64,000 nucleotides of DNA from Eledone cirrhosa (GCA_964016885.1 OZ024742.1:280178001-280242000), one strand, 5' to 3'; shown: positions 1-13,354, numbered from the stretch's first letter. The notes: generated from the letters alone by a model not told the origin. Program-made: numbers and translations.

Positions 1-726
1 TATGAATATATAGGAAAAAGTATGACCCCGACGGCAGAGCCCGAGCCGTTTTGACGGCTATTTCTGGACTAAATTGGAATTTTTAGCCTGGTGAATAAAT
101 AGCCGAACTTTTCGAGGGGGTACTTCCTTATATGGAAGATTGTGGTTGTCAAGAGGATTGTTTAAAGTTTGTTGTAAACACAAATAAGACTATCATGGCA
201 TTTGGTGGGAGGTAGGGGAGGCGCAACAGCAGATTCTAAGAATAGAGTATGAAGTGGAGGAGGGAGGTTATAGAATAGGTAAATCGAATGAGAGTAGGAG
301 ACAATAAAAGATAATAGAAATAAATAAAAAAAAATTATAAAATTAGATAGTGAAAAATGAATAAAAAAAATCACAATGCTATCTTACAATTACATGTTAA
401 GTTGAGAATAGAAAAAACTTGTAGAAATTCAGTAGTACCAGAACTAATACAGAATTAAAGGGGTTTAACACGTCTGCTATAAGTAGTTACTAAAACGTAT
501 TCGACCAATTCTATCTTAAGATTACAGGGGTGAGGGAACTGATGCTACAGAGGCTCGATGGGCTGCATCGGGGTAGAGGAAGGGGAAAAGCAGACAAGGA
601 AGAAAATAGGGGGTGACAGGAAGTGATAGGATGAGACAGGCGGAAGAAGAAGACAAAGAGAAAAAAGAAAAGAAAAGAGATACATCTACCTATGTAAGCT
701 GGGTTTTCCCCTAACTTACCTCGCCC

Positions 727-1022
727 TTAAACCCCATAACGATCCGGGTCGTTAAAAGGTTTGAAGGCGAGGTAAGTCCTACGCAATCTGTGTTTGCATG
801 CGGTTACCAGTTCCTCTTTCTTGTTTAGGAGTTGGTCCTTCGAAAACAGCATTTGGAATGTTTCCTCCAAGCATAAGTTACACGGACGGCGTCCTCCCGT
901 GTAAGAGTTACCTTTGGACAGTAAGCTCCAAGTGAGATTGTAGGTTATATTATTGTCTTGGAGGTCCTAGATGTGGCCCGAAAGTGTAGTGGCTTGTCGC
1001 CGGACCGGGTTTCGGAAAGGAA
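727..1022 (-). pseudogene. C-terminal fragment of PLE GIY-YIG endonuclease
   Basis: Manual translation SFRNPVRRQATTLSGHI*DLQDNNITYNLTWSLLSKGNSYTGGRRPCNLCLEETFQMLFSKDQLLNKKEELVTACKHR; parallels ORF 39011..39544 (HSFRRP..TTLAAHIWHLK..SYTGG..CDLCISE). Confidence 0.8.
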
Positions 1023-1789
1023 CTGGTAACCGCATGCAAATACAGATTGCGTAGGACTTACCTCGCCATCAAACCTCATAACGACCTGGATGGATATAAT
1101 GGGGCTGATACCCCTACTTGCCGAAAAAGTTAGGGGAAACCCCAGCTTACTTAGGTAGATTTATCTCTTTTCTTTTCTTTTCTTTTCTTTTCCTCTTTGT
1201 CTTCTTCCCCGTCTCATACTATCACTTCCTTCCACCCCCTATTTTCTTCCTCGTCTGCTTTTCCCCTTCGCCTACCTCGATGCAGCCCATCGGGCCTCTG
1301 TAGCATCAGTTCCCCCACCCCTGTAATCTTAAGATAGAATTGGCCGAATACGTTTTACTAACTACTTATAGTAGACGTGTTAGACCCCTTTAATTCTGTA
1401 TCAGTTCTGGTACTACTCAATTTCTACAAGTTTTTTCTATTCTCAACTTATTAACCTGTAATTATAAGATAGCATTGTGATTTTTTTTATTCATTTCTCA
1501 CTATCTAATTTTATATATTTTTTTATTTATTTCTATTATTGTTATTGTCTCCTACTCTCATTCGATTTACCTATTCTATAACCTCCCTCCTCCACTTCAT
1601 ACTCTATTCTTAGAATCTGCTGTATACATATCAGCTTCAACGCTTGACAGCTCCTGTCATTCCCCTATTGTTCTACAGGCAAGTTCCGCCACCCCTACCA
1701 CCCACCAAATGCCATGATAGACTTATTTGTGTTTACAACAAATTTTAACCAATCCTCTTGACAACAACAATCTTCCCAAATAAGGAAGT

Positions 1790-1886
1790 ACCCCCTGGAA
1801 CATTTCAGCTATTTATTCACCAGGCTAAACATTTTAATTTAGTCCACAAATAGCCGTTGAAACGGCTTGAGCTCTACCGTCGGGGT
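1790..1886 (+). ncRNA. Degenerate type-I hammerhead ribozyme, family A (antisense copy at ~25-121)
   Basis: Stem I ACCCC/GGGGU, long stem II (..GCUA...UAGC..), GAAA-CGGC-UUGAGCUCU-ACC-GUC; core reads UGGAACA here and UCGAAAA in the mirror copy. Confidence 0.55.
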
Positions 1887-2084
1887 CATACTTTTTCCTA
1901 TTTCCCACTCTACTACCTTAAGTATTGAGCACTCTGGTGCGTTATGGTCCATCTGGTTCTTTACCACATCTCCTTCGTATATATATATATATATAATCAT
2001 GACTGGGGTCGATACAATCAACTAAAATACTTTTAAGGCAGTTTCCCAGCATGCCCATACTCTAAATGAAAATAGATATATATA

Positions 2085-2545
2085 CACAAGCACAATAACA
2101 ACAAAACACATATAAACAGTCACTAGGAAACTAAGATAGAATACATTAACCAAAACACAGTCACCCAAACGCTAACACACACACCAAACACTATACACAC
2201 ACACGCACACGCATGCGCAGAAAAGAAGACAAAAATAAAGAAATAAATGAATAAACAGATAAAATAAAAATGGCGTAGACATACAATACAACAGGGGGAA
2301 CATAATAGTACCACTGATGATGTTGCACATGTGCGTGCAACGAAACAACTTTGTTAGACTATATATATGTGTTTATATCTGTATTTTGGACCGTTGGTCA
2401 GTCTATGATAAACATTGAGGACCAAATAAATTAACTGTGGAGATATAAATGATACAGAAGCGAATACCAACCAAGCAGTGAGTGTGTTCTGTTATTCTTT
2501 CTGGCAATATTATTACAATATGACCCTCGCCAAGTATAACAATAT
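2085..2545 (+). mobile_element. Solo pLTR of the PLE family at 30920-32865, with an HHR-like core at ~2305-2362
   Basis: Colinear with ~32380-32865; CUGAUGA-U-GUUGCAC..GUGCAAC-GAAA at 2314-2345, but stem I is weak. Confidence 0.7.
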
Positions 2546-2602
2546 TTTTCTCGACACACGATTTCATGTAAAAACCCTTGCAAAACAAATTCATCGACGT
2601 CA

Positions 2603-2675
<73 letters not shown>

Positions 2676-2862
2676 GTGTATATATATATATGTTTATATA
2701 TATATGTGTGTGTATATATATATATTAGAAAGTGAGGTTTTTTTTACAAAATGAAAAACAACCGAGGTGTCCTACACGAGTGAAAGTATAAAGAAAAAGA
2801 GATGAAATCGAAAATGCACCTGGAGTCTTATTTTTTTTTAAAATATATATATTTATTTGGTT

Positions 2863-2900
2863 CCTTTACCGGTTTCGCAGTTCTTCTGCTTTTCAAAAGG
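2863..2900 (-). ncRNA. Antisense twin of the family-B hammerhead
   Basis: Exact reverse complement of 2976-3013. Confidence 0.8.
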
Positions 2901-2975
2901 TGAGTTGAGACGGAGGATCTGTGGTTTTTCTCACATCTGATGTGAGAAAAACCACAGACCCTCCATCTCAACTCA

Positions 2976-3013
2976 CCTTTTGAAAAGCAGAAGAACTGCG
3001 AAACCGGTAAAGG
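2976..3013 (+). ncRNA. Minimal type-I hammerhead ribozyme with U3-A8 variant core
   Basis: CCUU-UUGAAAA-GCAG(AAGAA)CUGC-GAAA-CCG-GUA^AAGG: stems I and II perfect, palindromic ACCGGU stem III. Confidence 0.8.
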
Positions 3014-3513
3014 AACCAAATAAATATATATATTTAAAAAAAAAATAAGACTCCAGGTGCATTTTCGATTTCATCTCTTTTTCTTTATATATATATATAT
3101 ATATATATATATGATAGGCTTCCATATAGTTTCCGACAACTAAATTTCAATGTATAAAAACGTATTGCTCAACTCGACTCTATAATGGCAGATTGTGTCA
3201 AGCAGAGACTGAACGTTGGAACGACGAGCTCGCGAACTGAACCGTTTCACCACACAACTAGGTCGGTGCTTAATTATTCACATGCATATACATATATCGT
3301 TCGTTTTCAATCTAAATGCTGCTATATCTTTCAATATAGCTTTTATTTCGTTTTGTTTTACTTTTCAGCATCCTATCTCTTACATACAAGAGAAGTATCC
3401 GCATTATACATTATCTATTCACCACCATATTTCGAAATGTTACGACGAAATTTATCATCCTATAACTAAATCCATTGTGACAAACTTGTCAAATATATGT
3501 ATATTTTTATGAA

Positions 3514-3560
<47 letters not shown>

Positions 3561-3586
3561 GCGTGTGTGTATGTATGTAAATATTA

Positions 3587-3783
3587 ATTCTTGCCATTAG
3601 AACAAGTAAAATGAATGTTTCACCCTCAAAAGAGGGATAACTTAAGAAGAAAAGAGAAGACCACACACACACACATACATGAACACACACACACGAACAC
3701 GCACACACACAGACACAGACAGACACACATATATTTATATATAAATATATGTATATCTATATATGTTTGTATGTATATATATA

Positions 3784-3831
<48 letters not shown>

Positions 3832-3950
3832 CGTGCGTGTGGGTGTGTGAGTGTTCGTATGTGTGTGTGTGTATCGTCTTCACTTTTCTTCTTGAGTTAT
3901 CCCTCTTTTGCAGGTAAAACATTCAGTCTACTTTTTCTAATGGTAAGAAT
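3587..3950. repeat. Diverged inverted duplication centred on a (TA)n tract
   Basis: attcttgccattag...aaaagagggataacttaagaagaaaag (3587-3655) vs cttttcttcttgagttatccctctttt...ctaatggtaagaat (3883-3950). Confidence 0.75.
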
Positions 3951-5109
3951 ATATGCAGCTTACCACATCTGCATACTCTTAGATTTCTCCACTAATTGGA
4001 GCAGTTGTGGCAAGGCATTGTCGAAACAATTTTCGATCATCTGCGAAGCCATATGTTTCCGCCGGCGTCATCATATAAAATCATGACCGCCGCATGAGCT
4101 ACTGCTTACTATGAGGCAGGAAGGATCTTTATACAGGCTTAAACCTTTAGATCTGACATGTTATGTTAGACTATCATATGATTGACATATGTCAGCTACC
4201 TCGTGTAGGTTAGTGAATTTTTACATCCGAGATCTGTATTCGAAATTAGGAAGGCTAGATTTTTCAAAATTATATTTATGGCTAAAGATTATATTTCAGA
4301 GTGGTCAGTCTGCCGTGATGGTATTTACAGGGGCTCAGAGCAATAACAATTTCGTAGAACAAAACTTAGAGGTTAAGAGAAGATACAAACATATATATTA
4401 ATGTTAAATGAAGGTAGTTATTTTTCATTTTAAATATCTCCGATGGTTTTCATTACGAAATTATATTCGCGTGTTTTTATGCGTGTTTACGTTTTTGGCC
4501 AAATTTGGTGAGGGTTTTCTTCAACATATCACGCGGTCCAGTGTAAAAAAGTGAAGTCCAACATACCACGGCTGCAATCGACCGAATATATAAAAAAATG
4601 AATGGAGGGGAATTGATTAATTAGCTAGTCAATTATCAAGCACTCTAGGCCATAGCAAACGTTTCTATGAACCCCGTCACCCCAAGGGCGAGAGGGTACA
4701 GGCTGAAGTATTAAGACACCCCACTAACGGCCGCATATCGACGGAGATATGTACATATGTAGTAAACAACAGATTCCATGTTACCTCCTTGGCGTTATAG
4801 CTTATGAGAGAGAGGTTGCACAAGAAAGACATAGTCAGAAAAAATCTGTTTAGTTGATTTTATTTCTGAGGTTGACTTCAATTAAATTAAACTAAGTTAA
4901 ATTAAAATGGAGAATAACATTATACCAAAAATCGAATTTAATCAAACTGCGACTATTATTAAGTCCATCGGTCCTTGAATATTATATAATGTATCAATTA
5001 TAGTATGTACTATCCGCTGTAGTACAGAATAATAAATACAATTAATTGCCACTAGGTGGGATACAGAAAAGTAAAAATGTAATAATAACATGCCACAAAT
5101 ATATAAAGT

Positions 5110-5490
5110 ATGGAAAACTCATTAAGTATGAAGGTCTATCAATTGAAATTGAAAAACATTGTTCATTACTAGGTATAGTCGGCACACTTAGAATGATAAA
5201 GGGGGAAACTGACAAATATTTGTACCTGATACCTGGTAAGACATCTTTGCAAGAGATACAAAAAGTGATGCTGGCTGGCACTGTCCATTTACTGAGATGT
5301 GCATTATCAATATAATAACCTTGTTAAGACATTTATTGTTGTTCGTGTCCTTGTGAAATCATTTATATGGCAATTGATTGCAAAACTGTGTGTATTATCA
5401 AATATTGTCTCAGGTGTCAGGTGGACAATTGTCATGATTTGGGAAAGAAGAAGAATTCAAAGGAACTTTCAAATAATAATGATAATAATG
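5110..5490 (+). mobile_element. 3' end of an RLE-type (R4/Dong-like) non-LTR retrotransposon
   Basis: KLIKYEGLSIEIEK...IVGTLRMIKGETDKYLYLIPGKTSLQEIQKVMLAGTVHLLRCALSI* resembles R4/Dong C-termini; followed by (AAT)n/(AAG)n/(AAC)n. Confidence 0.6.
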
Positions 5491-5516
5491 AGAAGAAGAA
5501 GAAGAAGAAGAAGAAG

Positions 5517-5613
<97 letters not shown>

Positions 5614-5655
5614 GCAACAACAACAACAACAGCAACAACAACAATAATATTATCA
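5470..5655. repeat. Compound microsatellite (AAT)n(AAG)n(AAC)n
   Basis: Direct reading; similar trinucleotide tracts at 6250-6410, 7035-7190, 7730-8055 and 8305-8408. Confidence 0.95.
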
Positions 5656-6310
5656 ACAATGATTTCATTCGTAATACTGTTTTCAATAATAACGAAAACG
5701 CCCATAATACCGAGCACAACAAGATTATATGAAGCAATGAGAAGGCAAAGAAGACAAAAACATAATTAAAACAAATAAACATTCTTTGAAAAATGAAGTT
5801 GAAAATATAAATAATCCTACAACTAAATATAGAACAAAAATATCTGAATAAATATGGCTAACGTATGAATGCTAATTATTCAATTCGTATCGATATATAA
5901 CACAACGCTAATTTTATCGTCTGCCATCCACTCACACATATTATTTCACTCCATTCAGAAAACAAATCATTGGTGATAAGAATTTGATTTTTTTAAATAT
6001 ATCTTTTGTGTATTTTCAATTTATTATACTTAGTTTGCTTATTTTTATCATTATATTCTTTTTTTTTGAAAATATGTTCTTTTTTTAATATATAATTAAA
6101 TATAATTTTTATTTTGCAGTTGGTCTGCCATTTTGTATCATTATTTTTCATGCTACATCACTTTTAAAACATAATGTTTCATAAAAATATTATAACTTCT
6201 TCCTTTATATTTGATATATTTGATTACTATTCAATGTAAATAAAATAAATTAATAATAATAATAGTAGTTGCAGTAGTAGTCGTAGTATTAGTATTATTA
6301 TTATTATTAT

Positions 6311-6342
<32 letters not shown>

Positions 6343-6352
6343 TTGTTAGTAT

Positions 6353-6414
<62 letters not shown>

Positions 6415-6417
6415 ATG

Positions 6418-6840
6418 ATTTATTTATTAGCTACCCAGGGCTTACATTTCGAGGACATTAAATACGGTACAGTACGGTCGAATGTGAGCTTTTGTGTAAA
6501 ACATAAGTTCATAACAAAGATTAAAAAAAAAGAATTATTTACCGTAAGCAAATTCTACAAAATTTGCGGAGAAAGGCTACAAAAATCCACCATAGGCTTG
6601 ACCGCTAGGGCAAGGGCCCTCTCCGATCTTTCTTTCTATAATTTACATATGCACACTCAGAGCAAGCCCATTCTCTCGAACAATGCTCGCTCCTCTTACC
6701 CACTTTTCAAAAAACTGCTTGGAAGGCGGCATTTTCCTCTTCTGATGAAACCTGATAAAGTTAATCAGGGCTTTGCCGAAGAGGTAAGTACTTGTCTTCA
6801 ACCTTTTCAAACACGTCAATCAGAGGCCCTCTTGGGGAAA
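6418..6840 (-). mobile_element. Probable 3' end of an L1/Tx1-like LINE
   Basis: Minus translation GKALINFIRFHQKRKMPPSKQFFEKWVRGASIVRENGLALSVHM*, then a 3' UTR ending in AATAAAT next to (TAC)n. Confidence 0.4.
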
Positions 6841-7084
6841 AATAATAAAAAGAAGAGGAAAATAATGTTTCATATTTTTAAATACATACCAAAATAAGAA
6901 TAATATTTTTCTTTTGTAGACAAAAAAAACAATAAAAGCAGCAACAATAACAATAATAATTTTAATTTCTCATATTTTAAATAATTTTCGTATTATAGAA
7001 ATAATAATTTCTTTTAGGTACAGCAACATAGTAGTTGTCGTCGTCGTCGTCGTCGTCGCAGTAGTAGTAGTAGTAGAAAGTAGT

Positions 7085-7117
<33 letters not shown>

Positions 7118-7767
7118 AATAATAATAATAATAATAAAAAATAATAATATTAATATTATTATTAATAATCCAAATAATAATAATAATAACGACAATAATG
7201 ATGTTAAAGATTATAAAGTTAACACACACATACAAACACACACAGACAAACACACACACACACACACACATAAACAAGGTTTTTCACAACGAAAATCAAA
7301 ATGAAAATGAAAATTGATCGATATTCAAAGAGATTTATTTCGATATTTTCTAAGTGTTCCAGGCGAGAATGGCCATCTCAAACAATTTTCTGAGATTAAG
7401 ATGTACTATAAATTTTAAATGTCAATTTTGAACGCAGAACAAACACACGAAGAAAAAAAATAAGAAGAATGAAAGTACGAATGAAAGAAATTAAGTTAAA
7501 AAAAATAATAATAAAAGAGAATCGAGAGGTTATGAGGGTGGGGGAGAAAGAAACAATGATGAGATGGAAAGTGAGAGAGAGGAAAGAATGTTATGGAAAG
7601 GGTGGGGGAGAGGAAGGGTGGGAAGTCTGGCGAAGAGAGTTCTAAAAAAATGAAGTTAATGATGAATACGATAATTATGATTATGATGATGATTATATTG
7701 ATGAAAATATGTCAACAACCTCAATGATTTAGTACTACTACTACTACTGCTACTACTGCTACTACTG

Positions 7768-7811
<44 letters not shown>

Positions 7812-8082
7812 GCTGCTGCTACAACTATTACTATTACTACTGCTGCTGCTATGGCTGCTGCTGCTATTACTACTACTACTACTACTACTACTACTGCTGT
7901 TGCTGCTACTACTACTACTACGCTGTTGCTGCTACTACTACTACTATTACTACTATTACTACTACTACTACTACTACTATCACTACTACTACTACTACTA
8001 TCACTACTACTACTACTACTATCACTACTACTACTACTGCTCTGCTACTACTACTGATACTACTCGTACTGTTAATGATAAT

Positions 8083-8302
8083 AATTGTTTCTACTTTAGG
8101 CATAAGGCCAGCAATTTAAAGGGTAAGGGAAAGTAGATTTAATCGACACCAGTGTATTACTGGTACTTTATTTTATCGACCCCGTAAGGATTAAAGGCAA
8201 AGTTAACTTCGGTGGGATTTGAACTCAGTACGTAAAGGTACGTAATTACATGTTACATGTCGCAATGTATAATGCCCAACACTCTACCGATACTGCAAAT
8301 CC
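8083..8302 (-). mobile_element. tRNA-derived SINE (Meta-domain-like core)
   Basis: Reverse complement of the 63233-63422 family (gttcaaatccc..gttaactttgccttt..ggggtcgataaaataaagtaccag). Confidence 0.75.
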
Positions 8303-8373
8303 AAAAGAAGAAGAAGAAGAAGAAGAAGAAGAAGAAGAAGAAGAAGAAGAAGAAGAAGAAGAAGAAGAAGAAG

Positions 8374-8408
<35 letters not shown>

Positions 8409-8870
8409 GAATTGTACATATTTTCATTTTCTGTCTGTAACATAGGTCTGCGGTATGCAATGCAATTCAAGTAATTTTTTTCCGTTTCAAAATCTACGTT
8501 CATCACACTAACTTAGATATAATGTCAATATCTTTTCATCAAAAGATTTCTGCGAAAGTAGTGTGTATCTATGTATCTATATATATGTATCTATATATGT
8601 ATGCATGTATATGTATGTATGTAATTGTATCTATGCATATATGTATGTATGTAAGTATATACGTGCGTGTGAACATATAACTTTCCGAGCCACATTATTC
8701 CTTACAACTACGTATTCCTTTGCTTCAATAGGGATTCGAATGGCAAAAAGACTGACTGAACATACTTTTGGTTTTGAAGTGAGTGGACTATAATTGTACC
8801 CCCACTTCTAATATGCACATACTAAAAGGAGGTTTAAAACCTCTTTTCCACTCTATATTATCAATGGTCT

Positions 8871-8982
8871 AAATTCAAATCTCGCCGAGGTTAACTTTCC
8901 CTTTCATCCTTACGAGGTCGATAACATAAAGTACCAGTAATGCACTGTGATAATTGCTGGTCTTGTACCAAAAGTAGAAACA
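8871..8982 (+). mobile_element. 5'-truncated SINE, same family
   Basis: gccgaggttaactttccctttcatccttacgaggtcgataacataaagtaccagtaatgcactg. Confidence 0.7.
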
Positions 8983-9116
8983 AGTAGTAATTAAATTTGG
9001 CTAAGACTAGTCTACATCATTAAAAAGATGTAGCGTGAAGCACAGAAATTATGACTGTCTTACATAGAAAATATTTGGGAAATAAAATTTATGTAACGCT
9101 ATACAAAAATGAATGT

Positions 9117-9320
<204 letters not shown>

Positions 9321-9989
9321 GTTTGCACAATACGAAAACAGCTAAGTCACTAAATCATGACGTTCACAAGAGACCCTTCTATAGATGTACTGTTTGGACC
9401 TCCGGCCATTTTTCTAGATGAGGGTGCTATTTGTTCGGACGACGGAACAGACTGCTTGAGAACTCCATAGACACTTTAAAATCGTTATTGGATGATGCAG
9501 CGTGAAATGGTGTGAAAAGCTCAAACTCTGAACTAAATGGTACAACTAATTGTTGCCACCTGATTCAACTGTGGCAAACTGAAATAAAGTGAACTTCCCA
9601 CGGACACAACGCACCGTATGGAATCGAATTATTGACTTTCCAATGGTTCAGTTGATAAAAATGCTATCAACAAAATGTATTGATATTCAGGAGAGCAGAT
9701 CATATGTGACTGTTTGCCACAGAGTTCTATGGTTCTCTATGGAATACAAATGAACAGCATATTAAGCATAGCATTTAGAAATTTGTCAAATTACGCTTTT
9801 CAGAAAAATTCGCCATTACAAATATTAGAAAGAGTAAACACGTGTGAGCTATGAATATTTCGAAGTTCATCTTAACTTTCTTCGGACACACATACACACA
9901 TATTTTTGGCTGATCAGTGGGTCTGCTAATATGCCGATTTGGCTGTTATAATTGATAAATTAGGCATCGAAAATAGGACCGAACCCTTT

Positions 9990-11534
9990 ATACCTAGATA
10001 ACCAAAAATTAATTTGAAAGACCACAAAAGAAACTTTGAAATAGAATTACCAGTTAGACTTATAGCACCAACTAGGCATAGTTAGTAAACATATATTAGA
10101 TAGAATCATACCGCAACTTAAAAACATATCTTACTTAAAACTATCGAATGAAGCTATAGATTGGTTCAATAACATAAAATATAAGCAAAACAAAAAATTC
10201 GTTCAATTGGATTTTGCAAATTACTACTCATCTATCACTCCTAATTTACTTAATAAAGCTCTTATCTACGCATCTAAATATAATGATTTATCTAGCGAGG
10301 AAATGCATATCATTTTAACTGCACGGAAAACCTTAATTAAATTCAACAACCATCTTTGGACCAGAGCAGAAAGAGATAATAATTTCGATATCAATATGGG
10401 GTCATCAGAGTCGGCGCAAATAACAGATCTTGTGGGGCTTTTTATTAACAATACATTACATAGAAAACTACCGGAGATGACCGGGGGTCTATATCGTGAT
10501 CATATGCTGCTGGTAATTGAAAATAATAATAATTGTGAAATCAACAGAAAAAGGAAATCAATAATACAATTTTTTAATAACTATAATCGTACGTTGGAAA
10601 TAGAGAATAACTATAAAATTGTTAACTTTTTAGACGTAACAGTAAACCTTAATACTGGGCTATACTATCCATTCCATAAAATTAATGAGAACTTAAACTA
10701 CGTTAGCTACAACTCTAATCACCCTAGATCCGTTAAGAACACTATCGTAAATTCTGTACAACAACGTATTTCTCGAATTTCAGAGAATAAAAATATATTT
10801 GAAGATAAGGCACAATATTATAACGAAGCTTTAAGTAGAGCAGGCTATAATAATGAAATCAAATACATCGACAATAATTATAAGCCAATTAACCATAATA
10901 TTAACCAAAATTATAATTATAATAAGAAACCTAGCATAAACTCTAAAACTAACAAAAGAAATAGAACTAGAAACATAATATGGTATGCTCCTCCATTTTC
11001 ACTAAGTATTAAAACACCTTTAGCTAAACTATTTTTTATTGCTCCCCAAGGCCCATATATATTATTTAATCTTTAACATACATACAATTAAACTATCTTA
11101 CTCCACTACTATGAACCTAGCACAAAATATAAATAGAATCAATAATAGAAATCTAAACCTGAACCAGAATAGCACTAATACCTCTAGCAATATCCAATAT
11201 AATAATAGTGTTCCGAATAATATAGACTCTGATAAATGTAATTGTAGAATTAAATCTAACTGTCCTTTAAAAAAATAACTGTTTAGTTAAGAATGTGGTC
11301 TATAAATGCAATGTCAAAACCAATGATAATACTTTTAACTATATTGGCTCAACTTCTACAGATTTTAAATCTCATTTCAATAACCATAAATGCTCGTTTA
11401 ATAATATAGGTAAAGAATCTTCAACTTCTCTATCCAACTTGATATGGAACATAAAATCCAAAAATAGAGACTATTCTTTATCTTGTAATATAATTTCAAA
11501 ACCAAAGGTTACAGAAACACAGCTTTATCCGTAA
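9990..11534 (+). pseudogene. Frameshifted PLE reverse transcriptase / GIY-YIG endonuclease
   Basis: DFANYYSSI, MGSSESAQITDLVG, GLYRDH (YRDD site), NFLDVTV, SNHP, IIWYAPPFS, CNCR..CPL, VYKC..YIGSTSTDFKSHFNNHKCSF. Confidence 0.9.
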
Positions 11535-12507
11535 CAATTTATTTAGTTCTTGTAAACATCGCCAAAACTCAACTTTTAGATCTATATATAAAATATAATT
11601 ACACGTTAAATCTTAACTACATAATGTTTACTTTATCCCAAAACCTATAGTCTCATTTCTTAAATTATATGCATATATGTTCATAAATTCTAAATCTTTA
11701 ATTTAAATTTTTTGTAATTCTAATTGTAATATATTTTACTTCTTAAATATATATATTGTACTTCTTAAATATTTTACTTCTTAAATTTTTACTTTTTAAT
11801 ATTTTTACTTCTTAAATATCTTTATTTTTTATCTTTATTTATCTTACTTCCAAAATATCTCATAATCTTTTTAGAAAAATTAATTAAAATTTTTTTAAAT
11901 TTATTTATTTCCCCAAAATCTAGTTTTTGGGTCACCTTCATTTTTAATACATTTTTTACTATTTATCTAATATTCTTAAATATTTTTTAATATTTTAAAG
12001 TATTTTTAAATATTTCTTAATATTCTTTATGTTTTTGAATAATTTTAGGATTTTAATTATATTTCTTGAATAATATTAGGTCTTTAATTAATTTTAAACA
12101 CTTTTTAAATGTTTTTGAGTATCTTCGGAGTATTTTTGGAATTTTTTAAAATCTCTTGGAAAGTTTTTCCAGAATTTTCAAGAATTTTGTCTAGAAATAT
12201 TAATATTTTATAGTCTTAATTTTTAAATGGTTTTAGTATTTTCTTATACTTTTAATTAATTTTTTAATTTTTGTAATTTTTGGTAATTATTTAATATTAG
12301 AGTTATAACCCCATATCTACCTCTGGCTAAATATATCTTTAAACATATCTTTGTCAAAATTATCTCATAATAACTAATAAATTAACAAAACAGGTATTTT
12401 CAATATTTTTCAAATGTAAAACATTAAAACATATATGTAATCTTATTGACTCAGTTAATCTAATTTAACTTAATTTAATTTAAATACTTACACTAAATAT
12501 AAACTAG

Positions 12508-12598
12508 TATCACCTATAACATGATATATCCATATATCTACATTTTATCATAATTTATCACCTATAACATGATATATCCATATATCTACATTTTATCC
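12508..12598. repeat. Two-copy ~49-bp-period tandem duplication
   Basis: tatcacctataacatgatatatccatatatctacattttatc occurs twice. Confidence 0.85.
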
Positions 12599-13082
12599 TA
12601 TGATTCTACTTCACATTATTTAAATCTATTTTTAATATATTTTAATATATTTTGATATATTTTAATATATTTTAATATATCTAAATATATTTTAATATGT
12701 CTTTATTTTTATTTTTTATATATCTTCATTTTTTCTATATATAATTTTCTATATACTTATAATAGACAATAAATATTTATTATAATAGAATTCTAACAAT
12801 TATTAGTAAATATACGTAACATAAATATGTAACTTAAACATAAAAAGTATTTACGTTATATGAACTCATACTCGGATAAGCTTATTTCTTCGCTCTCTCT
12901 CCATTCTTTTCTTTTCTCACGTAATTTAAATAAACGGTTGTTTTTGACAATTATTCGGACATTCATTTGCATATTCACACACAATTTTGAATTACCCTCA
13001 ATAAAATGTTTCACTATCCAACGAAGTTTCAACCGTCAAGGTTGTTTTCCATGGCTATGTCACTATTTATAAAACAAATTTG

Positions 13083-13147
13083 TATTTTATCTGATGAAAG
13101 CGCACCAAGACTGCCTTGGTTGTCCTTGAAATATATATAATAAAATA
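13083..13147 (+). ncRNA. Canonical minimal type-I hammerhead ribozyme in PLE-1 pLTR
   Basis: UAUUUUAU-CUGAUGA-AAG..ACCAAG(ACUGC)CUUGGU..CUU-GAAA-UAUAU-AUA^AUAAAAUA; 8-bp stem I, palindromic stem III. Confidence 0.9.
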
Positions 13148-13284
13148 ATTATGGTTTTATAAATATAGTTTCCATTCATTAATATATTGAATATTTACTA
13201 CAGTAATTTGTTGAGTGCTCTATATCAGTTATAAACCTTTAAGATTGTTGGAATCCCAACAAATTAAATATAACTTCTGCGTAC

Positions 13285-13354
<70 letters not shown>

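Larger units (their letters stand above)
11..1977. mobile_element. Penelope-like element 3' region as a large foldback (family A): arms ~11-815 and ~1018-1899, unpaired 3' tail 1900-1977, flanked by (TA)n
   Basis: Arms are diverged reverse complements (aggaaaaagtatgaccccgacgg at 12 vs ccgtcggggtcatactttttcct ending ~1898); the right arm has a ~60 bp insertion at ~1621-1680; the loop encodes a GIY-YIG C-terminus. Confidence 0.85.
2725..3089. mobile_element. Foldback pLTR element, family B (arms ~2787-2937 / 2938-3089, unpaired tail 2725-2786), in (TA)n
   Basis: Near-perfect palindrome centred on tcacatctgatgtga; same family at ~25750-25838 and ~32992-33196. Confidence 0.85.
9970..13290 (+). 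mobile_element. 5'-truncated Penelope-like element (PLE-1): RT + GIY-YIG, ~1.5 kb AT-rich 3' region, pLTR with hammerhead
   Basis: See the pseudogene and HHR entries; ends just before (TA)n. Confidence 0.85.

Noticed and set aside
11-1977. Foldbacks as assembly or amplification chimeras
   Set aside because: Most arms differ by many substitutions and indels and share family-specific endpoints; only the near-perfect ones (2787-3089, 23498-23583, 42520-42770) remain suspect.
5299-5782. Poly-N/T/L ORFs
   Set aside because: Products of the (AAG)n/(AAC)n tract.
6735-6785. CUGAUGA followed by a CCUGAU/AUCAGG hairpin
   Set aside because: No GAAA adjoining stem II and no stem I/III; lies antisense in a LINE remnant.
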